64,000 nt of DNA from NCBI GenBank assembly GCA_003427395.1, contig BFEA01000014.1, forward strand, positions 2,983,663-3,047,662. Direction: 5' to 3'. Source of the stretch: Chara braunii (Eukaryota; Plantae; Charophyceae). Position numbers and translations under genes: made by a program. The notes under the pieces were generated by a model, which was not told the origin of the DNA, ran no database searches, and was given only the letters and a program-made list of their open reading frames with translations. Below are positions 21,438 through 34,984 of this stretch, piece by piece (positions within the stretch are counted from its first letter, which is position 1; each line of letters starts with the position of its first letter).

Positions 21438-24342
21438 CCACAAGAACAACCCTTTTCCATTGACGACATCATTCCCTTTAGAATTGGGGGGAGAGTCGTC
21501 CAAGTCCATACGGCCCACAAGCTCCGACCATGGTGCTTCAAGTGCCGAGCTTACGGGCACCTGTTCACAGAATCCAGATGTCCCCACCACCCGCACAGAC
21601 AACAACGGGCCACGGGTCGGCTGATCAGGGACCCCTTTAAAATAACACATTGCCGCACTGTGGACTCAGGTCACGAGGGATGGGTTTACCAGGGAGATGC
21701 GCACAAGGATGGGAAGTGTGTAGGATGGTGTTGGGAGGGGAAAGGGGACCCCCAATGGGATACACGCCCCCCAAATGACTGGTCCCCACCACAGAGCCCT
21801 GGAGCCCTCCCCGCATTGGGCCACAAATCACAGTTGGAAGGATCTGCTCTCACAGATGAGGAGAAACAAAGGAAGGCCCGGCTGGGGCCAGAAGCACACC
21901 AATACCTTAAAGAAGGTACCGGGGGGAGAAATCGAGTTGAACAGAACAACAACGCAGACATCGTGAATATGCCTGGCCCCATACAAGGAGGGCCGCAGAA
22001 AACCTTGGGGGAAGAATCGGCAGCAACAAAGGAAAAGGGAAAGGAAACAGCTAAATAAAAAGCCGGAATCGCAGAAAACACAGAGGGAGTGAGCAACAAC
22101 GAAATGCAGAAGCAGTTCCATGCACTACTAGAACTCTTAGCTCGCCTGGACCTTGCAAGCGAGGATTTTTGCAGGGAGGCTTTTCGTCCCACCCCCATGG
22201 ATGTGGAAGACAATTCCCCCCCCCCAGATGTGGTGATGCGAGAAAAGGAGGAGGAAGAGAGAGAGGAAGGTCAAACAGCCGAAGCAGATCCACCAAGTGA
22301 GGTGGCAGGGTGGCTAATGGACAATATGAAAAATAAATGCCCGAATCAATCTGAAGAATTCTGGGACATCACCTACCGCGAATTGGTCCCACTGCTGGAC
22401 AGCAGCCCCATCCTGCAGACTGCGCTTGCTCATTGCCTACCCCCGGGGACGGATTGGCAGGAGACGTGCCAACGGCTTCTCACAATCGTGTTGCACAAGT
22501 TCCATCCACCGCGGGCCGATGGTGCTGTGAGGCACGATCAAGAGTTGTCAGTTGAAGGGGGGGGGTGAGTGGAACCTCAGAACAGCACTTCAACATGGGA
22601 GTGGGGGAGACTGCCAATAATGGCGACCGACCACCAACGCCGGGTCGGGAGACTCAGGTGACCATACACTGCCAAGACAATCAGCAAGGGGACTCAAAGG
22701 TTACCGAACGACAAGAACAGAAAAACGGACTGCAAAACGAACCACACGCCACCTCTCCCCATCTACCGGACCCGTCGGGAGGGTGAGATCACCAGTAAGA
22801 GACAAAAGCTCAGACACTTGCTGGAGAAAGGGCACAATCCATCGGGCCCGGAATGCGAAGCTCATCTGATGATCCCTGTCCGACAGAAAGAAGGGGTCTG
22901 GGAGATTGATCTTTCAGAGCCCCCCCACTCTAAATACGGGGAACTGACTATGAAGGGCTGGTCTGACATCATCCCTGCTGGCCCAGGGATGTATAGCCTG
23001 TACGTAACTTTGATGAAAAGTTTTATTGCAAGGGAATATCAATCAGGAGCGGTGGCGACTCGGAACAACTCTGGGGTTTCAGACAAAATCACGCACAAGG
23101 AAATCTTCATTCTCTTTGAGCCCTCTAAGGAAGCGGGCCTCAGGTAGCTATCACATAATGCCCTCTTAGATACTCAACTGCAAAAACTTAAGGGAAATAA
23201 TATATGGTCCGAGTCACATATCCGGGCCATTCTACTCAGGGTCATCAGAACAGGGCGCTGGGAGGGAAGAGACGATTGGTCCTCTGCCTACTGGTAACAC
23301 CTTTAAGGAAAACAAAGTTCACCACACAGAAAATAAAAAAAGGATCACATTGAAGCAATTTACGAAAAAAACAAAGAATGGAGCAAGGGTAAACGTCAAG
23401 CGGACCTGGACCTGTGGTCTCTAAATCTGAATGGGATAGCTACAATCAACCCCCGAAAGAAACAAGCATTATGAGAACAGCTAAGGGGGGTAGAAGATAG
23501 AAACTGACCGGACGTGATATGTATACAAGAAACGCACTTAATGAACACGTCTGTCCACAATCATGCACATAAGGAGATTTGGCCATCCCAAGCGTTTCGC
23601 GCCCATTCCCCGAGGGCAAGAAGCGCAGGTGTGGCTATCTGGCTCCCTCGGGTTCAAGGGTGGAAGCAGTCAACTGGGTGGCAGATCAGGAAGAGAGTAG
23701 ATGGGTATCCATCCTGGCTATGTTAGAATTGGAGGTGGTCACCATCCTCTGCGTCTATGGCCCAAATGACATGATACGTAGGAGATTTCTTTTTGAATCT
23801 ATCCGTGCCCAGATTCCGAAAGGTATCCCGCTCATTATTGTTGGGGATTATAATGCAGCACCGGAAAGAGGGATGGATAGATGGAATGTTCCTGAACCCC
23901 CTCCCCCCTATGCGAGCATGGATAAACAAATAATCAGCGATTTAAGCTCCTCTTTTAATCCTTTTGACTTGTTTCGAAATACCTTCCCGGCCCGCAAAAC
24001 CTACTCTTGCTTCCGCAAGAATGCAACAAACAGACCCATGAAATCGCGCATCGACCTCATTTTACTGTCTGAAGAACTGGAAGGGGCTCTCCAAGTGGCT
24101 GAGATTTTCCCACGCCCTTTTCTAAGCATGAACCATTCCATGTGTGTAGTCATAATGTCTTTCCGCAAGAAACCGGACCAAGGCCCCGAATTTTACAAAT
24201 TGATTTCCTCCCTACTTACACAAGACAACCTTCAAAAGTATCTTTAAGATGTCTGGAACTACTGGAGATCCTACGGAGACACGTTTCAAGATTATTTTCT
24301 ATGGTTTAATAACGGACTGGCCTTCTTGGCTAGAAACTGTAA
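21438..24342 (+). mobile_element. LINE-B 5' part: ORF1 remnant (zinc knuckle) and APE endonuclease, degenerate
   Basis: WCFKCRAYGHLF; ICIQETH; VYGPND; VGDYN; SRIDLIL. Confidence 0.9.
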
Positions 24343-25692
24343 CCCATCTCTCATCTCCCTTTAGATCCGGTCTGCTGGATCTGGTCCTCCTCAAATGGTA
24401 CAGGGCGCTCTTACGTAAGGACACTTCACACCCTGTCAGTGAAGTCTACCTATAGGATGCTTCGTCCTAAGATAATCCTAAAAGATAAAATAGAAGATCG
24501 CTGGATGAGGCATCTAAACATAAGTAAAGAAGAATTGCATTCTATTAAGTGGTTCCACTCTATTGAATCCGGGCCAGCTAAAGTAGCATTGCTGCAATGG
24601 CAAATTGCCCATCGCTGTCTCCCTAAAAATGACCGGATCATCCATAGAACATCGTTGAAACGAAAAGGAATAGCTCTTCCGTGGTGTAAGTTCTACAAAT
24701 CAGCCTTCCCATCCAAACTCATACCGGAAACTTTAGAACACATTTTCTTGCAATGCCCGGGCTCAATTTGGCTATGGTGGTGGTGGGATAGGATTTGGAG
24801 CCAGTTAGGAATATCCCTCCCTTGGCCCTGGAATGAGAAGACCCTCCTCCTGGAATCCTGGAATACGAACCAGGAAGATGCTTTCACTTTGAACCTATTC
24901 ATAATCGAAAGGCGAGCGATCATGTGGGCGATCTGGTTAAGAAGGTGTACTTATGAAATGGAAGGTGCTCGCCTAGATGACTCTGAATTCACTTATACTA
25001 TCAGACAACATATCATAACAGAGATCACTATCAAATGGGAGTCCCTTAAGGAAAAATAACATTTTTTGTCACTAGAAAAAGAAATATTGCATCATATCAA
25101 AACATTCAATCAAAACTGGCTTGGAGGGGATCAGGGAGGGAGATTGGGACGGGTGAAGTGGGAAGGAACAAAAGAAAACGCCCAAGAGGAGATCCCAAGG
25201 AACTACAGTCAGACCTTCAATGGCAGGAGCAACGTTGATCCTACTGTACCTTTCAGACCTCTGTTGGATTTCCCTGATCCCTTCCCTCTCTCGAACCTTT
25301 GCTTAGTTCCCAGGTCGTGGTATGCGTACGAATGATCTGGGAAATCCCTTGCATTGTCTGTGAATGTTGGGGTCAACCTTTCTCAAGAACAAGTGTGATT
25401 AAGTGCTAGTAAGATACGTATATCGAACGCCCTCTCAGGGTGAAGAGGCACTAGACTCAACGTCTGTTGCAGATTTCCACTGGCACTGATCAGAAGGGAT
25501 GCTGGGTACGGTTCCTAGTTTGTGCTATACCTCGGTCCTTCATTATTTCTCATGGGATGCTGGACCCAGTTTCCAGTAGATGCAGCTCCCCACCAATAGA
25601 ATGGAGCCCCGATAAGTCAGGTAGGAGTGCATGCTCGTTTCATCACTCCTACCTGACGCCACGGGATTTGTTAAAAAAAAAAAAAAAAAAAA
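24343..25692 (+). mobile_element. 5'-truncated LINE of the LINE-D family (ORF2 C-terminus, 3'UTR, module, poly(A))
   Basis: High nucleotide similarity to the reverse complement of 38197-39567; ETLEHIFLQC motif. Confidence 0.9.
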
Positions 25693-26109
25693 ATCAAAAA
25701 TACAGGCAACTCAGTATCACCAATAGGAAATGGCGCTACACTATCAATTGGAGCAGCTGCGTACACAGGAGGAACAACAGGATCCGGACGATCTGGGGGG
25801 ACAACTCCTGGAACAGATCCAAGAGTTGGAAGATCAACTGACATGTTACATCTAAAGACGGTGGCAGGGGGCACGCATACGTGGCAAACATCGTCGTCAT
25901 AGAATGGAAGGTGCCATGGATACAAACTTTTTCGCCATGGCCAAAGTAAAGGCGGGTTGATCCACGATTGAGACACTAACCTGAGACCAAACGACAATAG
26001 TGATCACAACACCACACTGTGTGCAAATAGCCCGATCCTTCTTTCAAGATCTATTTAGCTCGCATTGTTCCCACCACCCACGGGAACAAAGGGACAAATA
26101 GATATATGA

Positions 26110-28098
26110 GTTTTTTCAACCCCTCCAACAACAACTCACGGAGAAACAACAAGAACTTATGGAAACGCTCCTTACAAGGGAGAAGATCCGGACTGCGCTA
26201 ATGCAAATGGAAGAGGAAAAGACCCCAGGAATAGACGGGTTCCCAAAAGAATTTTGGGAATCCCAGTGGAGCCACCTCTCCCAGGATCTAATGGATTACT
26301 ACCAAGCAGTCTGGACCACGGGATAAATAAGGGAATTCGTGGGACAAGGAGTACTCACCCTATTATACAAAAAATGGGACAAAATAAAAATAAGAAACTA
26401 TCGCTCTATAACACTCTTAACGGTGGTATATAAATTGTTAGCAAAGACTTTGACTAACCGTATGATAAACGTGATGGAGGATATCATCTATCCTTCTCAA
26501 ACAAGATTCATTAAAGGGAGGAAAATCCAGGACAATATCCTTGTGGTTAATGAGATAATCAAGTTTTTTCAACAATCTAAACATAATGTAGCCATTATCT
26601 TTATAGAACTTCGAGAAAGCATACGATCACATGGATTGGTTATTCCTAGACAAATGTCTGGAAAAACTCAACTTTGGACCCTGTTTTCGAAGGTGGGTTG
26701 AAATTCTGCACCAGAATGTCACCACCCGAGTTCAAATAAACGGAATACTAGCCCCTGAGATCCACCTCCAAAGATCGGTGCGGCAAGGTGACCCGATTGC
26801 ACCTTTTCTCTTCTCTTTGTAATTGTGGTTGAGGCACTAACATCAAATTTAAGAGTTAACAAAAAAATAAAAAAAATAAAGATCACCTCAATCCCGGAGG
26901 AGGCGATTCTCATATGATCGCTGTTTGTGGATGATCTAACGCTAATGATCGACGCTTCTTCGGAAAATCTAATGGAAATAATGACATTAATGGACAAATT
27001 ATGTAGTCTCTCGAACATGAATGTCAATTGGGGCAACAAAACATTAGGCTGGTGGGTCCACTACCAAGGAGGAAGACCCCCAAACAATCCACATATTCAA
27101 TGGATACCCCTAGAGAACCCGATCAGGGTACTAGGGATATCCATGTCAGCAGGGGGCAAACCCATAACCAATGATGCATGGATCACCAACCCAGTGATTG
27201 GAAAGTTAGCTCAGTGGAAGGACATACACACTTCCTGGTTTGGCCGTTTACTAGTCATCAACAACGTGATCTTGGCAGCCTTGTGGTATCGGTTTGCCAT
27301 ATGGCCACTCAATAAAGAAGGACTGCGCTCCCTACGACGCCAGGTAGCTGCCTATGTGTGGAGGGGGAACCACGAGTGCCAGAATGTCATCAGTCGGGTG
27401 GCCTGGCAGTCAGTAATCCAACCAAAACCCAAAGGAGGGTTGGGTATCTTAGATCCGAGCACGCAGGTGATGGCATTGGCTATTCAATGGATCAAGACCC
27501 TCCTCCTAAACCCACAAGCCCATGGCGAGCATTGGGGCTGAAACAACTCGCATGACTGACCCCTACTGCCCCGACCACTAAAGATCCTACAATGTGGATT
27601 GAAGACCGTTACTGGACCATCCGACGGTACTCCACCCAGCCCCAATGCACAGACCGGCGACAAGAAGAGATTTGGGGAATGCCCCTTTTTGGTTTGACCT
27701 GCTGAGAACCTGCCGCAAACTCCCCCTCCCAAACAACCCCCCCCCCCCATGAGGTGGGAAGAGGTGTACAGACAACCACTGTTTGGCAACAAATGGTCCA
27801 CCAACCCTCAGGGGATTGTCTTTCTCTGCACACAAAACCGGTGGCAAGGGTGGGCCAAAAATGGGGTGTTGAGAATCAACGATATCTGGGATTAGGATCA
27901 GAAGGATTGGGTCACGACAACTCATCTAAGAACGAAATTGAAATACTGCCATAACCCCGGGGACGCACTTGAAGCAATCACAGATGCAGTCCATTTGGAC
28001 TGGATCCGTTAACTGCGAAAGGGACCTCAACTTATAGAGGGGGAATGGGTCACTCTCCGGGAGCACGGGGATAGTGTGGGCAACATAATAGACATACA

Positions 28099-28141
<43 letters not shown>

Positions 28142-29940
28142 NTTTTTTTTTTTAAAACAAATGCTCCAGTCTATTCGTGGGGAGCAGCACGTGCTGGGAA
28201 CCCGGCCCAGCGTCCCATATCAAATTGTACAGATAATTGAGAATAGACATATACCCTCATGGAGAGGTACTGGTTAATTATTTCAAGCTGCAGAATAACC
28301 ATTATCTGGCCAGGATTCACCCGTCAGAGGACCGATGGCTTCCGCCATCGGCCATATTTTGAATAAGAGTTCTGAAAGAAGGAGAAAGATGGTTAGCCTA
28401 CCAACCACACATCCCCATTTCCCGCCTGGCCTGCGATCCGGAGACATTAGTTTGTGGCGGTTAAAACTACCTACCGACTGTTGAGGCCAAAACTTAATCT
28501 AAGAGACAAAGTGGAGTCTCGATGGATGAGACAGCTGGATGTGGCAAAGGAGTCCCTGAAAGGCATACGCTGGTTTGCTAAGCTGGCGTCATTGTAATGG
28601 CAAGTCGAACATAGATGCCTGCCAACAAACGATTGGCTGATAGACCACACCCATCTAGAACAGAAGGGGCTTGCTCTTCCGTGGTGCAAGCTCTACAGCA
28701 CTGCTTACCCATCAAGGAAACATCCAGAGACCATAGAACACATTTTTCTTCAATGCCCAGGCTCGGTATGACCCTGGAGGTGGTGGGACAGGATCTGGCG
28801 TCAGCTAGCCACCTCCATACAGTGACCCTGGGACTGGAAAGCGTTGCTTTGTGAAACCTGGAGTCCGGATCAGCTAAGCGACTACGAAATCAACATGTTT
28901 AAAATAGGGAGGAGAGCAGTGTTATGGGCCATATGGTGGCGTCACTGCACAACGGAAACGGAAGGTAGTCGTCAGGATGGTCCTGAGTTTATCGATTCAA
29001 TTAGGCAACACATTCAAACAGAGATAACAATACACTGGGATCTGATAAAAGACCAGCTGACATTCCTTAACTCCAAAAAAGAGATCCGGACATCTATCCG
29101 TAACTTCAGCACAGCCTGGCTGGGGGGGGAACAAGGGGGCAGAATGGCGACAGTAGTCTGGAATGGGGGGAAGGGGGAGGAACTGGGTTGTGGGGAGGAG
29201 AACGAGACTGCAGGTGCTCATGTTGGCCTGGAGAGCCAGGTGCTTGTTTGAAAGCAGAGAGTCAATTTGGGCTGCAACAAGCCCAGCAAGTAATGGAGGA
29301 CGAAATCAGGTCCCATACGCAAGAAGCGTGGAAGACATTTATACGAGTTTATAGGGAGGAGAAAGATCCCAATGTCCCGGAAACGCTCAAGACAGCCTTT
29401 CAACAGCTTTGGCAGGACCCGCACCATAGATTTTTTGTACTTGACAGCGAGCTCAACATTCCCTGGAAGCAGTGGAGGGCCACAGGGCCGTCATGGCAGA
29501 GGACATCCACCTACTGCTTCCGGGTTCCCTTCTTGCAGCCTAACTTTGTGCTGGTAACATGATATGACTCCAGCCAGACCCCCCCTCCTTAAAGGGGTAT
29601 AAGGAGTATACGGTCCGGGTACCTTCAACGGTTATGGCCCTGATCCCTTCCCACCTCCATTCCCCCCATCCCCCACCCCTCCCCTCGCTCGGCCATCCTT
29701 CTTGTTGTTCCACACTCCTCCCCCCCTCCTTGCCTCCTCTTCCCCCCTTACCCTGAGCCCCTTCTATGACATGGTCAAGTGACGCAGGGCCACGGAGCGG
29801 AGCGACTGAAAAAAAAGTACAAGTGACACAAAGAGATACAGAAGCGGCAACAGGAAGGGAGAGGAACGCTGCGTAACCACAACGGCTGAACAGGCAACTG
29901 TAAGGGAACTGTCAGGAGCGACAGGCAATGCACAATATCA
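26110..29940 (+). mobile_element. LINE-C: RT and C-terminal ORF2 remnant (probable continuation of LINE-B)
   Basis: KTPGIDG, NYRSITLL, VRQGDPIAP, LFVDDL, KGGLGILDP, ETIEHIFLQC; many frameshifts. Confidence 0.9.
28101..28241 (-). mobile_element. Short retroposed module copy with poly(A) and 14-bp TSD
   Basis: TSD aatagacataYacc at 28087-28100 and 28242-28255; module gggacgctgggccgggttcccagcacgtgctgctccccacgaatagactggagc. Confidence 0.9.
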
Positions 29941-30240
29941 GTCAGGGAAAGATGTCAAACTGCACTTAAAATAGCTGAAACATAACAACGCCAGGGATGG
30001 GGAGAGGCGCATTTTGGTATGTGTAGCCATGGCCTTCCCCCCCTGGGAGTAATAGTAAGGAGGAACCTCATTCAATGGCATACAAGTGACTAGATCTAGA
30101 GGTTGAGTAGAAAACTTCCTGAATGGCAATCCTCTTGACTCGCAATCACGAGATTTGGCGGGGGATGATGGAGGAAAGGGTAGCCTGACTACAGGGTCAA
30201 GAGTCTCAACAATGGCCCATAATAAATTGATATGGTGTTT

Positions 30241-30374
30241 AGAGACGCTGGACCCGATTTCCAGCTGGTGATGTGCCCCACCAATAGATGGAGCGCCCCG
30301 AGAATGCTAGAGGTGCCTGCTTGTATCAGCACCTCTATCATCAACTCGGGCCGATTCATTAAAAAAAAAAAAAA
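30241..30374 (+). mobile_element. LINE 3'-terminal module copy with poly(A)
   Basis: gacgctggacccgatttccagc...ccccaccaatagatggagc...tagaggtgcctgcttgtatcagcacctcta...A-run. Confidence 0.85.
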
Positions 30375-30725
30375 GAGCCGAGAGCAGTAGAGCATCAGCA
30401 CAATTTCCATTTGTGCCTGTCGTGGAAGCATTGCTGCAGACTTGTGCGCTCAAGCATCGGATGTGAGCGTGAGAGAAGTAGTCGCCATGCTCGGCATCAT
30501 AGATGAGAGATGAGACTGAGCGAGAGTGAGGGAAGACATTCACAGAGTGAGACAGTGAGGTCTGTTAAAGTAGAGTAGTAAGCAGAGGGTGAGACTGTGA
30601 GAGAGAGAGCGAGAGACGTACGTGAGTGTGGACTTGGCGGCCATAGCAGCAAAAGTGTACATGCATGAGACATGTTGAACAAGATATGTATTTTCAAGTA
30701 ATCTTCCAAGTGTTCTAAAAATAAA

Positions 30726-30760
30726 AGAAGAAGAAGAAGAAGAAGAAGAAGAAGAAGAAG
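30726..30760. repeat. (GAA)n microsatellite
   Basis: Direct reading. Confidence 0.95.
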
Positions 30761-31570
30761 ATAGAAACAGCCTCAAAGCGGCTAATGGAAGACTCTGGTC
30801 TAGTAGTCGGGAGCTAGACTTCGCTGGGAAACAGGTCCAGTGTCCCTGTACAGACCGCCAAGTTTCCATTTTGGCTACCCACTGTAATTATAGGTATTGG
30901 GCCTCTCGCCACCACTCACCAAATGTGCAAAATGAGAATGAATCGTCCGCTAGAACATGTGAGGATGTACCATCATATTTTTTGTCTTTTGCTCACGTGG
31001 TGAGCAGTGGAGCGACGCCCGTTGACTGTCCACTGGCATTTCCCTTTGAACGGTAGTTGATTATATCCTGTTCTCAACTCGAAGCCTCTTGGCGTTCACC
31101 CATCTTCCCCTCCCCTTCCTTTCCTGTTGTCCTTGTTGGCTACCCTACCCACTCGCCCTTTTTTTTTTTTTTTTTTTTTTGCCCATCGCGCATTCTCTCT
31201 TTTTTTTCAAAAAAAGAACAAAAAAAGAAAAAGCCCTTCCAGCATTCTCAGTTTCCAGCAGTCACTGCACTCTTGCTTGAAGGTTTTGGGGCGTCCACTT
31301 CTTGGCTGGCATTCCAGGTCAAGTGGGCGGGGCAGACTGATTAGAGGGGTCAAGGCGGGGAGGAACATGGGAGTGGGGTAGGAGCTCGGAACTGGAAGTA
31401 GAGGATGATGGCTGGGACAGGGGAAGGGGAAGGGATTCCGAAGGCGGTGGGTTGTCTAGTAGGGGGGGTTGACTGGGTACGGGGCCATCCTGTGAGGGTA
31501 ACTTGGATAAGCGGTAGTTAAGAAGGATGAAGTCAATCTAGTGGCAATATACTCTGCAAAAGTATACTCT

Positions 31571-31614
31571 GTCCTTCGGGTCATCCGTTGGAATTGGAAC
31601 TATGCAGACGAGGA
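31571..31614 (+). pseudogene. U6: U6 snRNA copy 1 (outer), 5' part
   Basis: gtccttcgggtcatccgttggaattggaactatgcagacgagga resembles the plant-type U6 5' end GTCCCTTCGGGGACATCCGATAAAATTGGAACGATACAGAGAAGA. Confidence 0.8.
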
Positions 31615-31675
31615 TTTTTTTTTTTTTTATGGCTTTCCCTTTTTTTGTGTGTGATCCTTGCACAGGGGCCATCCT
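31615..31675 (-). pseudogene. U6: U6 snRNA copy 2 (inner), 3' part with A14 tail
   Basis: Minus: aggatggcccctgtgcaaggatcacacacaaa resembles U6 AGCATGGCCCCTGCGCAAGGATGACACGCAYAAAT. Confidence 0.8.
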
Positions 31676-31708
31676 TTTTTCCTTTTTTTTTCCTACAGCT
31701 GGAGCTGC

Positions 31709-31757
<49 letters not shown>

Positions 31758-31784
31758 ACAAGGCTCCGTTATATTGGTGGGGAG

Positions 31785-31888
31785 GCCTGAAAGGCAGTCC
31801 CGTCCAGATTTGACAGGTAATTGAATTGGTTGGGCTTAAAGAATTAGCCTTTAAAATATCTATATCTGTTTGTGACGATATATATATA
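31785..31888 (+). mobile_element. Short (TA)n-tailed retroposon inserted in the pseudoknot module
   Basis: 15-bp TSD tatattggtggggag at 31770-31784 and 31889-31903. Confidence 0.75.
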
Positions 31889-33991
31889 TATATTGGTGGG
31901 GAGCAACACCTGCTGGAAACCGGGTCCAGCGTCCCATTATACATGAAAGGCTCAGAATACTCAGAATACTCAGAATGCTATCCTATGCTCCATACGCTGG
32001 ATGTTCCTGCCAGCATCGACTACCCCCAAAAAGGGTGGTTAACTGAGCAGCAAAAAAGAAACAGTCTTGTACATTAGCAGAGTCCTCCCTAGGGGGCTCC
32101 AGGGAGGAGCTCCATATGTGGGCGTATATAGATGCACGTAAATGTATGCATGTATGGAGATGTATGTAGATGTAGAGGAAACAGAGCTAAGTAACTAAAC
32201 ATTCAGGACAGAATCTTTGCCAGGGAAAAGGCATGAGGTGGGAAGGGGTCTGGGAAATCCGAAGGGGGGTGTAGTGGGAACGAGGGTTCTATGTTTGTCC
32301 AGTCCTTGAAAACTAGACGATAGTTTCTCATTGGTTCCAAATCCTGCTGGCCCTCTCCCCTGTTTCCACTCCATTCCACCTTTGCAATCCATCCTTCTCT
32401 CTCCCCTCCTACCCAGTCTGTGCAAAATGCTGTAATCAGTCTCCTAACATCACCAACTTGTCTAAAAAGGTCTAATTGTGATTTTATAATTTTATGTTCG
32501 ACCATCTTTGTGTGAGTTCGAGATGCACCTGCTGCTGAATCTGTTATGTGATCTCTAACGCCTCTACTCTCACCTTGTCCATGCCCTGAGTACACCTATG
32601 CCACCTGAGTGTCATATCACCGCCCTCCTTCCCAATCTGTACATATTCTCTACAAAGGTCATGGCTGCTCCTGCCAACGACCATTGCCCAGCCAATATGG
32701 CTTGCCATGACCAACGCCAGGGGATGTCTGTTTCCATTTTTCGCCATATGCGGTCCCACCATCTCCATATGAATTGGGCGATCGGGCATTCAATTTGCAT
32801 GAAAATGTGTTCTATGGTCTCCACCTTCTTATGGAAAGGGAATAAACTCTGCCACTGCTGGCACCATGGAAGTAGCAGACTTCTTTGTTCTAGGTTAGTG
32901 CGGTCTATCAACCAGTCGTTGGTCGGCAAACAGCGATGGGCTATCTGCCACTGTAGGGAGGTGATTTTAATGGGTTTGGATTTTTGTTCCTTGAACCAGT
33001 GGATCGGTGTCAGGAGAGTGCGGTCCACATTCCGGTGTCTGGCCTATTGATCGTTAACCGTGTACCTCAGATGTTGTTTAGGTCTGAGCATTTTGTAGGC
33101 CGATTTGACCAACAACTGATTCAGGCTAATGTGACCAGCTTTGGGGCCTCTGCTCTTTTGGGGGGGCTTCCATGTTCGTTCTGCTAGGTCCAGAGCCAGA
33201 TCCGGGATCGACTTGAATGGCTGGAACACCACCCTCTGTCCCTTCTCCTCTATGACCCTCACTGGGTACACTGATGCTTTCTCTTTCCAATTGAAGGGGC
33301 CTCTGCTCCCTTGGAGGGTGCCCATTTTGATGATAGTGTAGTTCTCGACCAGGACTGTCTAGGGTGAGACCATATGTATATGGCCGATCCTCAGCGGGGT
33401 CTCCCTACATGCCACCCAATCACCCTCTCTACGTGGGGCCTCGCTTAAGAACTCGGTACCATGCCAGTGGGATGGCTTCAATTAGGTTATCCAAAAGTTG
33501 CTCAGAGTCTACGTGATGGCAGTGTCGTAGGGTTTCCCGCAACTGATTTCGTGTTATCCAGTCATGTCTCTCGTTGTCCCAGAGATCCCCAACCCTAAGG
33601 ACACCTCGTTTATCCCAACTTTTCTAGGGCAGGGATAAGCTTGTCAGGACGCAGCCTCTCAGATCTGCCACCCATCGATTTCCAAACAGGGGCTGCCGAT
33701 AGACTTCCTCCCAACGGTCGGGGTAGGTCCAGTCTCGGAGCAGAAGTCTTCGCCAAGTTTCCAGTTGGATTGACAGGATGCTGGGCTGATTACAACCCAC
33801 CTCCCCCACATGCATACTAAACCTTCCACAATTTGATTGTTTTCATAGATGACAGGGTTCACACTGTAAACTACATTACAATCGATAGTTAGTACATATT
33901 ACAGGCTTACTAACCTTTCACAAACTTATTCTTCTCGTACCTGACACGATTCACATCAAACTGTAGAATTGCATTTTAAATGTACTTTATA

Positions 33992-34137
33992 GGGATGCTG
34001 GACCCGATTTCCAGCAGGTGTTGCTCCCCACCAATAGATGGAGCCATCCCGACACTGCCAGTGGTATCTGATCATCTCAGCACCCCTAGCAGCTGCTCGA
34101 CCTGTTTCTTTGAAAAAAAAAAAAGAAAAAAAAAAAA
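33992..34137 (+). mobile_element. LINE 3'-terminal module copy nested antisense in LINE-E
   Basis: gggatgctggacccgatttccagcaggtgttgctccccaccaatagatggagcc...poly(A). Confidence 0.85.
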
Positions 34138-34518
34138 GGGATGACCAAAAGTTGTCCATTGTCTGGCCTCCGCCATCTAGCCCCTCCCTTCCTCGTGGGA
34201 GCTTGTGTGGGATCGTCTAGAAACGGTCTTCCAGCCATGTGAGCGGGTGGATCCTTTGGGAGGTTGTCGGGGCCAGCCGGGCCAAGTGTTCCAGAGCTAA
34301 AATGCACCACGGGCTCTGGGGGTCGAAACTGAGTTTTTTAATCCATTTTAACCATTATGATAGTGCTTGCACCTTCATGGCTGGGTCAACTATTCCCAGG
34401 CCTCCCCCTGCCTTGGGCTGGATAATTGAATCCCACGCCACTCAGCTAATCACATTGCTCTGTTCGCCATCCCCCCTCCATAGAAAAGTCGCTGCCTTTT
34501 TCCGTAGCCTCCTCTACA

Positions 34519-34564
34519 TGCACAGGGGTCATCCTAATCTTCCATGTATCGTTCCAATTTTAAG
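34519..34564 (-). pseudogene. U6: U6 snRNA copy 2 (inner), middle part
   Basis: Minus: cttaaaattggaacgatacatggaagattaggatgacccctgtgca closely matches U6 nt ~18-64. Confidence 0.9.
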
Positions 34565-34984
34565 CCGCCAGTACACGGCCTCAACCTTGCAGAAAGTTTT
34601 AAATTTGTCACCGCAAGAAAAATTTGGAGGGGCCGCGGGTTGTGGGGCACCATTGAAAAGAAAGATTTGGCGGCCTCCGAAGTGGTGCGGGTTTCATGCC
34701 GACACCCGCGGGCCGATGAACGGTGTGCTGTTTTTTTTTTGGTTTTTTAAAGCCCAGGCTGTTGTAGAAGCCGGGCTCCGGACACATGGGGTTACTGCCA
34801 CAGCTATCGGCTGTCCTGACACTCCCTTACGCTCCGTAAGACCGCCTCCCTACCCATCCTCTTGACAATTCTCTTAGCGCACCCCTATCCCACTATGCTA
34901 CCTCAGTATTGAGTACTCAGGACTATCACCATGCTATTTCAGAGGGCGACTTGGACCAGAGAGTAGTTCTAGGCACCTGGGCTA

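Larger units (their letters stand above)
31676..34518 (-). mobile_element. 5'-truncated LINE-E inserted in U6 copy 2, 17-bp TSD
   Basis: FLWRG...VAWDSIIQPKAGGGLG, LQWQIAHRCLPTNDW, ETIEHIF; module 31760-31935; poly(A). TSD tgcacaggggYcatcct at 31659-31675 and 34519-34535. Confidence 0.88.
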
